A stretch of 32,000 nucleotides of DNA from an uncultured bacterium (lineage in GTDB: Bacteria > Auribacterota > JACPWU01): contig CAZXEQ010000005.1 in NCBI GenBank assembly GCA_964640155.1, positions 120,001-152,000 of the forward strand, written 5' to 3'. The stretch's first letter is position 1. The number at the start of each line of letters is the position of its first letter. The notes under the pieces were generated by a model that saw only the letters and a list, made by a program, of their open reading frames with translations, made no database searches and was not told the origin of the DNA. Below, piece after piece: positions 17,104 through 23,786 of this stretch. A program made the position numbers and the translations under genes.

Positions 17104-18090
17104 TCATGCCTCTGGAAGAACAGCCACACGGGTTTTCCAGAAAATGAGCAAACCCCAACCAATCGCAGCCCAAGAAAGCTCGCGAATCCTTCGAATCAAA
17201 CTGACTGAGACCCCCAAAGCAGCACTAAACCCTAAAAGTGTAAAAATAAAAAAACTACCCCCTTCTTGAGTCCCAATATTGGCAGGAACAATAAAAGCCA
17301 AGCCCCGAATCATTTGATGCAAGGCTTCAATAATAAGAGCATCTTGAAAATTAAAAGGAATGTGTAAAAAATATAGAATTAAATAAATTTCTAAAACTCC
17401 CGCCCACCAACCCAAAAAATGGAAGAAAAAAGAAAGCATAAATCGTTTCTTGTCTTTGCCATAAAAATGAGCGATATGTAATTCTAATTCATGAATGCGA
17501 TGCATGATTTTTGAAAAGAAACTTTTCCCGACATTTAAATGCATCAATCCTTTTGCAATTCCTGAAAAAAGTCCTTTGTCCTGAAAAAATAAAAAAAGAA
17601 GAACGAGTATTGTCAATAAAACAAGAACGATAATCAATGCCAGACGCAAATGAAAAGGAATGGGGAAATTGACAAATGCAAAAATAAGGCCTATCACAAT
17701 AAAGAGAATTTCAGACAATGTCATGGTTGTTTTAGCAACGACCAAAGAAGCTAAACTTTCTGGAGTCGAAAGTCCGTCTCGCTTCAAAAGCGATGCCTTC
17801 ACAGGTTCACCTCCCATATAGCCTGTCGGAGTCGTGTTATTAACGGCTTCTCCAGCAACACGAACCCAATAAAGCCTCCAGAAACTAACGGGACAAACAT
17901 TTGTCTTAAATGAAAATTTCCAACCTAAAGTATCCAGGGCATAAACAAGGGCATACACTAGGAAGAGAATTAAAAACTTCCAGTGAAGCATATGAAATTG
18001 CATCGCAATAGTGGACCAACCCACCCGATGAATCAGATAAATAAATATCGCCAGCCCAATGCTAAGTAAAAGAGATTGTTTAATCTTCAT
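17104..18090 (-). CDS. LPG-synthase-TM / UPF0104 'flippase-like' integral membrane protein
   Basis: 328 aa, about 8 TM helices. The N-terminus KQSLLLSIGLAIFIYLIHRVGWSTI...W..L and the internal VRVAGEAVNNTTPTGYMGGEPVKA are typical of the TIGR00374/MprF-flippase-domain family. Confidence 0.7.
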   Translation of the reverse strand: MKIKQSLLLSIGLAIFIYLIHRVGWSTIAMQFHMLHWKFLILFLVYALVYALDTLGWKFSFKTNVCPVSFWRLYWVRVAGEAVNNTTPTGYMGGEPVKASLLKRDGLSTPESLASLVVAKTTMTLSEILFIVIGLIFAFVNFPIPFHLRLALIIVLVLLTILVLLFLFFQDKGLFSGIAKGLMHLNVGKSFFSKIMHRIHELELHIAHFYGKDKKRFMLSFFFHFLGWWAGVLEIYLILYFLHIPFNFQDALIIEALHQMIRGLAFIVPANIGTQEGGSFFIFTLLGFSAALGVSVSLIRRIRELSWAAIGWGLLIFWKTRVAVLPEA

Positions 18091-18112
18091 CTATTCCTAT
18101 TCAGCTTACCGG

Positions 18113-19486
18113 TTATCCTACTGGAGCTTCTTCCATTTTCAGAATAAGAACCAATATCCAAAAAATATGTACGCCTACGGCTGCAAGATAAACGAAAGGT
18201 TTAAAACCGCCGACAAGAGCAATGAATAAAACCATCAAAGAAAAATCGCCAGCCTTGAAAGTGTCCCAAAATCGAATTACTTTCTCCACTTGAGGATAAG
18301 GAATATAAACATAGTCCTCTTTTCCCTTTTCCTTGAGAACTCTTTTAAACATAAAAATCACAAATGTGATTACAATGCCACAGCTTGCTCCCCCTCCCCA
18401 ATAGAAAATATTTGGACTCATTCCCTGTTTAAAAAGACCCCAAGCGATCGCAGGAAACAACAGAATATGAAGAAGTCCATCTACACCAATATCCAACCAA
18501 CTTCCCCATTGACTTGATAAACCCTTGGCTCGAGCCACTTCACCGTCACAATTATCCAGAACATATACTACTTGGAAAAGAAGGGCCCCAACTACACTTA
18601 GAGTATACGATCCTTGTATAAAACAAGACAGCGCCATAAGGCCTGAAAACAAACTCATGAAAGTAATTTGATTAGGGGTTAATGAAGTTTTTAAAAAAAT
18701 CTTTGTTAAAAACCCTGATAGTCTTCGATTGATTGGGATCATTCGTCTAGAATTTTCCAAGCGATCTATTTTAGGCAAAATGATCTTAAGCGCTTTCTTA
18801 AGATCTTCTTCAAAATCTATCTCTGTCCAAGGTAAATCTCCCACTGTTTCATACCCTGCTTTCTCCTCTTTCAACCATTCATCAAAAAGTTCTTCATATT
18901 CACAGGTTACACGACCTTGATTGTAAAACTCATCTAATTTTTTCTTCAAAGAAGGAAGGCTCTCTTTTGATACTTTCAAAAAACCTACCCCTTCACCCAC
19001 CTTTTCATAAGAGCCCTCTAGTTTTCTTGCAATAGTCAAAACTTGATCTCCACGAACTCCTAATTTCATTTCTTCTCCGCTATCAATGAAGCGATCATCG
19101 AGAAGGAAACAATTCCTATCCTTCGATTGGACCATACGCTCCAACGCCTGAACGGGGAAAAGAACATCTGCATCCATAATCAAAAAATCATCGGACTCTA
19201 AAATATCTCGAGCCACCCACAGCGAAAGAACGCTTCCTTCTCTATAGCGATCATTGAGAAGATAATGGATATTAAGACCTTCAAATGCTGATCCTAATTT
19301 ATTTTGAATTTTTTCTTTAAGATGTCCCACAACAAAATACACATCTTGAACTCCTACTTTTTTAAGGTTCTGAAGCATTCTTTCAGCTAAAGTTATACCC
19401 CCTATTTCTATCATGCATTTAGGAACATAATCGGTATAGGGAGATAATCTTTTACCAATACCTGCAGTAAAAATGAGAGCTTTCAT
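18113..19486 (-). CDS. bifunctional nucleotidyltransferase / CDP-alcohol phosphotransferase (IPCT-DIPPS-like architecture)
   Basis: The N-terminal domain is an NTP-transferase (MKALIFTAGIGKRLSPYTDYVPKCMIEIGG). The C-terminal part, about 210 aa, has about 6 TM helices. It carries the exact motif DGEVAR-x8-G-x3-D-x3-D (nt 18479-18547). Confidence 0.8.
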   Translation of the reverse strand: MKALIFTAGIGKRLSPYTDYVPKCMIEIGGITLAERMLQNLKKVGVQDVYFVVGHLKEKIQNKLGSAFEGLNIHYLLNDRYREGSVLSLWVARDILESDDFLIMDADVLFPVQALERMVQSKDRNCFLLDDRFIDSGEEMKLGVRGDQVLTIARKLEGSYEKVGEGVGFLKVSKESLPSLKKKLDEFYNQGRVTCEYEELFDEWLKEEKAGYETVGDLPWTEIDFEEDLKKALKIILPKIDRLENSRRMIPINRRLSGFLTKIFLKTSLTPNQITFMSLFSGLMALSCFIQGSYTLSVVGALLFQVVYVLDNCDGEVARAKGLSSQWGSWLDIGVDGLLHILLFPAIAWGLFKQGMSPNIFYWGGGASCGIVITFVIFMFKRVLKEKGKEDYVYIPYPQVEKVIRFWDTFKAGDFSLMVLFIALVGGFKPFVYLAAVGVHIFWILVLILKMEEAPVG

Positions 19487-19531
19487 ATAAAACTGTCCTA
19501 CCTTATACGTCGCGCGTAAAAAATAAAATAT

Positions 19532-20614
19532 TTATACCTTCAGTAATTTCCCTAAACACTTCAAAAATCTATGTATATCTGTCATTCGTAAATCACCCAT
19601 ATTCGCTACACGAAAAATCTGATTTTGCAAGGAGCCTTGTCCTGCATAAATTACAAAACCTTCTTTTTTAAGCTCATCATGCAAGAAAGAATAAGTGATA
19701 CCTTGTGGTAATTTCAAAGCCGTCAACGTGTTAGAGTGATATTTTGAACCAATAAAATATTCTAATCCTAATTTTTTAAATCCTTCTCGAAAATTTTCGG
19801 AATAGCTCTTGTAACGACTGATGCGCTCCTTCACTGTCTCTTTCAAAAGTTCTTCCACAGCCATATCCAAAGCATAAAAAGTCTGAATCGCCGGAGTAAA
19901 GGGAACACCTCCATTTTCCTGTTCTTTCCAATACGCATTCAAGTCTAAATAAAGAGACCGTCGAGGAAAGGCTTTTATCCTTTCGAGTTCGTCTTTTTTA
20001 ATAAGCACAAAAGAAACCCCCGGCAGACCCTGTATACATTTATTGGCTGTTCCTGCACATAAAGAAACTTTCACATTTTTAAAATCAAAAATTTCTCCTC
20101 CAAGTCCACTGATAGAATCTAAAATCAAACGGTGACCTTCCATCCCTTTTAGCTTTGCTATTTTGTGAATGGGATTAAGCATCCCAGTTGAAGTTTCATG
20201 GTGCACCATAGCGACTGTATCAATACTTGAGTCTGCCAATAAAACATCATTTATCTTCTCAAGAGGAAGAGCAGTCCCCAGGGGGACTCTTAGTACTTCT
20301 TTGGGGAAACCATAAAAAGAAACAATAGAATCCATGCGATCTCCATAAACCCCATTGGATAAAACCAAAACTTTTTTCTGAGGATTGAGTCCTGAAACTA
20401 AAGTCGCTTCTAAAGCAACCGTTCCCGACCCAGTCAGAAAAATAGCCGTATAATCCTTTTCAATTCCAAAAGCTTTTAATAAATTTTTTCGGACCTTAAT
20501 AAGAAGATCTGAAAATTCTTTTTCACGATGGCACAAATCTCCCCGTAACAAGGCCTTCTTGACCTTGAGGGAAGTATTAACGGGACCCGGATTTAAGAGA
20601 ACGTATGTAGACAT
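19532..20614 (-). CDS. phnW: class-V aminotransferase, 2-aminoethylphosphonate:pyruvate transaminase type
   Basis: 360 aa. LLNPGPVNTS...LCHREKEF N-terminus, TGSGTVALEA, and a PLP-Lys region AGTANKCIQG. The call is strengthened by context next to PepM/Ppd. Confidence 0.75.
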   Translation of the reverse strand: MSTYVLLNPGPVNTSLKVKKALLRGDLCHREKEFSDLLIKVRKNLLKAFGIEKDYTAIFLTGSGTVALEATLVSGLNPQKKVLVLSNGVYGDRMDSIVSFYGFPKEVLRVPLGTALPLEKINDVLLADSSIDTVAMVHHETSTGMLNPIHKIAKLKGMEGHRLILDSISGLGGEIFDFKNVKVSLCAGTANKCIQGLPGVSFVLIKKDELERIKAFPRRSLYLDLNAYWKEQENGGVPFTPAIQTFYALDMAVEELLKETVKERISRYKSYSENFREGFKKLGLEYFIGSKYHSNTLTALKLPQGITYSFLHDELKKEGFVIYAGQGSLQNQIFRVANMGDLRMTDIHRFLKCLGKLLKV

Positions 20615-20634
20615 ATTTTTTCAAATTCCAATAG

Positions 20635-20737
20635 CCAAATTCCAAACACCAAATAATAACCAAACATACAATTACCAAGAACTCAACATCTTGTTGGTTA
20701 TTAGAAATTGGTGTTTATTTGATTATTGTAATTTGGG
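20635..20737. repeat. long imperfect inverted repeat built of CCAA-phased heptamers (intra-operon hairpin)
   Basis: Left arm CCAAATTCCAAACACCAAATAATAACCAAACA (20635-20666). Right arm TGTTGGTTATTAGAAATTGGTGTTTATTTGATTATTGTAATTTGG (20692-20737). The loop is about 25 nt. The repeat fills the 100-nt ppdB-phnW spacer and runs into the ppdB 3' end. Confidence 0.6.
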
Positions 20738-21305
20738 TTTTGGTATTTGTTTTAACAGCTTTTTTAAATCTTTCTGTCATTTCTTCAGGAGTCCATGTGA
20801 CCCTTTTACAAGATTCACCATCACTGGATTCAACTTTGATTAATAAAAAAGAAGGACCTTCATTTTTCAAAACTTTTTTTAATTTAGCCTCTAATGACTC
20901 ATTCCAGTTCACTTTTTCTACAAAGGCATATCCACAGTCTAAAGCTACTTTTTCTAAGGAAATAAATTTTGAAAGCGTGGGCTGCTCCCCTGTTGAACCA
21001 TAAGCTTCATTATCAAAAACAATATGAATAAAGTTTTTGGGTTTCAGACTTCCCACCATCGCCAATGTTCCCATTCCCATCAAGACACTCCCATCGCCGT
21101 CATAAACAACCACACGTCGCTCCGGGTGAGATAAGGCAACACCCAAAGCAATTGCTGGAGCTAAACTCATAGAACCAATCATATAGAAATTTTCAAGACG
21201 ATCTTGAGCAGAAAAAGATTCTCGACAAATGTGACCATTGGCATGAATCACAAGTTCATCTTTCAAAAGACTAGAAATATATTGAATCGCTTCGATACGT
21301 TTCAT
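20715..21305 (-). CDS. phosphonopyruvate decarboxylase, beta subunit (TPP-binding C-terminal half)
   Basis: ThDP motif GDGSVLMGMGTLAMVGSLKPKNFIHIVFDNEAYGSTG (GDG-x-N). I start it at ATG 21305 (MKRIEAIQY...), 5 nt after the alpha-subunit stop. The longer ORF-track start would overlap the alpha subunit by 82 nt. Confidence 0.8.
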   Translation of the reverse strand: MKRIEAIQYISSLLKDELVIHANGHICRESFSAQDRLENFYMIGSMSLAPAIALGVALSHPERRVVVYDGDGSVLMGMGTLAMVGSLKPKNFIHIVFDNEAYGSTGEQPTLSKFISLEKVALDCGYAFVEKVNWNESLEAKLKKVLKNEGPSFLLIKVESSDGESCKRVTWTPEEMTERFKKAVKTNTKTQITIIK

Positions 21306-21310
21306 AAATT

Positions 21311-21832
21311 TTAATGATTCGCTCCGCCTAAAATTCCTTTTCTCATCAAAAGGGCTGCAGGAATTTTTTTCTCTTCCATTTGTTTCACACAAAAAACCAA
21401 ATCTGTTTCTAAGCTTTCGGCCGTTGGAATGCGATAAGGGATTTTTACTGTATCTAAAAGTTGTGGCGTAATTTCACCCATCACCCAATGTTCAGGAGCA
21501 TCTTTGATCTGATATCCACGAAGGCTGATAATCAGAAGTGTTGGAATTTTGTAAATGAGACTGAGTGAGGTTAATGCATTATAAGAAAGGCCTAGTCCTG
21601 AATTTTGCATCAAGACAACCGGCTTTTTACCTCCTAGCCAAGTACCCACAGCTACGCCCACAGCTGCGTCTTCTCGAATGGCTGGCAAATAGGATTCATG
21701 TGAGCTGATACATTCAATAATATCTTCAAGAAAACTACAGGGAACCCCAGTGAAAAAGTTAAACCCTTGGATTCTAAGTAATTTCCAAAAAGCATGAGCA
21801 AGCTTTGTACACGATGACACCTCGGTCTGCAT
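21311..21832 (-). CDS. phosphonopyruvate decarboxylase, alpha subunit (TPP pyrimidine-binding N-terminal half)
   Basis: 173 aa. FFTGVPCSFL...IREDAAVGVAVGTWLGGKKPVVLMQNSGLG is typical of Ppd/sulfopyruvate decarboxylase ComD-type N-domains. AGGAA RBS precedes ATG 21832. Confidence 0.8.
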   Translation of the reverse strand: MQTEVSSCTKLAHAFWKLLRIQGFNFFTGVPCSFLEDIIECISSHESYLPAIREDAAVGVAVGTWLGGKKPVVLMQNSGLGLSYNALTSLSLIYKIPTLLIISLRGYQIKDAPEHWVMGEITPQLLDTVKIPYRIPTAESLETDLVFCVKQMEEKKIPAALLMRKGILGGANH

Positions 21833-21842
21833 AAGTGTTCCT

Positions 21843-21892
21843 GGTTAACAGTTAACTGTTTACAGTAAACCGTACACTGTTCACCGTAAACC
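21843..21892. repeat. palindrome / word-repeat cluster in the pepM-ppdA spacer
   Basis: Perfect 14-bp palindrome AACAGTTAACTGTT (21847-21860). GGTTAACAGT (21843-52) pairs 9/10 with ACTGTTCACC (21876-85). Direct repeat CAGTAAACC (21863-71) / CCGTAAACC (21884-92). Confidence 0.6.
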
Positions 21893-21896
21893 ATCT

Positions 21897-23567
21897 TTAT
21901 TTTATATGCGCCCAAGCATGTTGATAATCTTCGAATGTATCTATTTCCATCCAGCCTTTATAAGTATCCACTGCTTTGACCGGATGCCCTTGATCAATTA
22001 ATTCCTGAATCATATCCGTCAAAGAGGCCATGGCTAATGTGGAAGATTCATGAAAAGGTTTAGGGTTTAATTGATTTAGACGTTCATATTCGCTACAAAA
22101 AATTTCTGATCCTTTTGGAGAAAGCATCGCAATACCAATAAATTCACCATGTACATGCGTTCGATCTAAATTTTGTCCGATCTTCAAAATAGCGTGATTG
22201 GCCCCTGTAGGTATATAGCGATACGTCGTTTGTGGAGGCTCTTTCATAATCACGAGTTCTTGCTCAAGCCCTTGAGGGATTTGATCCTGACTATGTGCAT
22301 CTCTCCAAGCTTGATCAACTAAAATAGAAACATCCGCAGGAGACTGAAGCAATTTTTCTAAAAGACTCCGATCAAAAAGTACATCTCCATAAAGAAGAAT
22401 TACTCGATCTTTGATTTCCGGTTGAGCACAGAAGAAGGAAGAAAGAATATAACTTTCTTTATAACGAGAGTTCTCATAATAACGTACATTCGGCAACTGA
22501 ACGGCTTCAGCCTTATATCCTCGTACCACAACAATGTCTTTGATATTGCAAGAATTCAAAACTTCGATTTGTCTTTCTAAAATGGTTTTACCTTTAATAT
22601 CCAACATGCTTTTGGGTTTGTCTTCAATCAAAGGAAGTAAATGTTTCTCAAATCCTGCACTGATAATAATCGCTTTGATTTTTTCTCCTCCAACAGGCAA
22701 AAACTGATCTTCGGCTTCTTTCAATTGATCGACACCTACCAATTCATAGACTTCCTCTAACGACACAACTTTGTCTCGAATCGATTTGGCACAACCTCCC
22801 ATTTTGAGATCTTGTAGAGTTTCACGCATTGCTTTGATAGCTGCCCTAATAGGATGATTTGCAAAAATAATAATTTTAAAACCAGCTTTCTCTAATTCTT
22901 CAGCTGGAGTTTCATCGAAGATAGTGGGAACTACCACTAAAGGAATTTTCTGATCCCATCGTCTGGCAAATTCTTTTACTTCATCGGCAGACTTAGATTT
23001 GGAATGAATAAGTACCGCGTCTGCTCCGGCCGCTGCAAATGCGCGTCCCCGTTTAAGGGCTTCTTCCATCCCCCAACCTGCAATCAAAGCCTCTGTGCGT
23101 GCAATCAAAATAAAATCAGGATTTTTTTGAGTAGCTTTTCCAGCCCGAATCCTTCCCTGCATTTCCTCAATAGGAACAAGCTCTCTTTGAAAACCAGGAT
23201 AGAAACTACATCGTTTAGGGAAAATATTATCTTCAATACAAATCCCAGCAATCCCCGCTGCTTCATATTCTGAAACGGTTCTCATTACATTCACCGCGTT
23301 GCCGTAACCATTATCGCAATCTGCAATCACAGGAAGGGAACTGGCTCTATCAATATTCTGAGCAATTTCTAAATTCTCTGTCATCGTCATGTAATTGGCA
23401 TCGGGGAGACATTTTTGAGCTGCGGAAATACCAAATCCCCCAGCCCAAATAGCATCGAAACCTGCTTCTTCAATCAATTTAGCACTCATAGCATCATGAG
23501 CCCCGACTGCAAGAATCGATTTTGAATTATTGAGAAGCGCTTTTAATTTTCGAGATTTTTCGTACAT
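21897..23567 (-). CDS. pepM: phosphoenolpyruvate mutase fused to a nucleotidyltransferase (PntC/LicC-like) domain
   Basis: aa 1 to about 292 are PEP-mutase-like (WAGGFGISA, DCDNGYGN, ARTEALIAGWGMEEALKRGRAFAAAGADAVLIHSK, VVSLEEVYEL). aa about 296-556 are an NTP-transferase (KAIIISAGFEKHLLPLIEDKPKSMLDIKGKTILE). The diagnostic loop reads EDNIFPKRCS instead of EDKxxxxxNS. Confidence 0.8.
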   Translation of the reverse strand: MYEKSRKLKALLNNSKSILAVGAHDAMSAKLIEEAGFDAIWAGGFGISAAQKCLPDANYMTMTENLEIAQNIDRASSLPVIADCDNGYGNAVNVMRTVSEYEAAGIAGICIEDNIFPKRCSFYPGFQRELVPIEEMQGRIRAGKATQKNPDFILIARTEALIAGWGMEEALKRGRAFAAAGADAVLIHSKSKSADEVKEFARRWDQKIPLVVVPTIFDETPAEELEKAGFKIIIFANHPIRAAIKAMRETLQDLKMGGCAKSIRDKVVSLEEVYELVGVDQLKEAEDQFLPVGGEKIKAIIISAGFEKHLLPLIEDKPKSMLDIKGKTILERQIEVLNSCNIKDIVVVRGYKAEAVQLPNVRYYENSRYKESYILSSFFCAQPEIKDRVILLYGDVLFDRSLLEKLLQSPADVSILVDQAWRDAHSQDQIPQGLEQELVIMKEPPQTTYRYIPTGANHAILKIGQNLDRTHVHGEFIGIAMLSPKGSEIFCSEYERLNQLNPKPFHESSTLAMASLTDMIQELIDQGHPVKAVDTYKGWMEIDTFEDYQHAWAHIK

Positions 23568-23600
23568 AAGCTGACAACCTTATTAAAAATAACAGTTCAT

Positions 23601-23726
23601 GAAACCTCTCAAAAAGGTCCCAGATGCAAGGCGCACGCAAGCGACTGAGGAGGCGTACGTTTACTGGTACGCAGCACAAAGAAGCGCAGCGAGCAACACA
23701 GCAGATGGGCCTTTTTCAGAGATTTC
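23601..23726. repeat. 126-nt GC-rich palindromic intergenic element, copy B
   Basis: Same length and orientation as 9719-9844. Termini are GAAACCTCTCAAAAAGGTCCCA ... TGGGCCTTTTTCAGAGATTTC. It lies 33 nt upstream (minus-strand sense) of the pepM start codon. Confidence 0.85.
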
Positions 23727-23730
23727 TTTT

Positions 23731-23777
23731 AATAAAAAGCCCCGGCTCTTCTAACAATAGAAAAGCCAGGGCTTTTA
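23731..23777 (-). terminator. Rho-independent terminator downstream of tpx (potentially bidirectional)
   Basis: The stem AGCCCCGGCT (23738-47) / AGCCAGGGCT (23764-73) pairs 9/10 with a 16-nt loop. On the minus strand it is followed by TTTTTATT and on the plus strand by TTTTAT. Confidence 0.7.
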
Positions 23778-23786
23778 TAAACCGAC

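Noticed and set aside
21306-21392. 29-codon N-terminal extension of the Ppd beta subunit, overlapping the alpha subunit
   Set aside because: The extension (MCETNGREKNSCSPFDEKRNF...) is the out-of-frame read of the alpha-subunit 3' end. ATG 21305 follows the alpha stop by 5 nt.
21863-21892. GTAAACC words resembling half-sites of the BirA/bio operator (TGTAAACC)
   Set aside because: Here they are direct rather than inverted repeats, and they lie in the phosphonate operon rather than upstream of bioB. The bioB upstream region (15821-15987) shows no matching dyad.
21652-21915. 87-aa minus-strand ORF bridging the pepM 3' end and the ppdA 5' end
   Set aside because: It is out of frame with both supported genes and spans the palindrome-rich spacer, with no motif.
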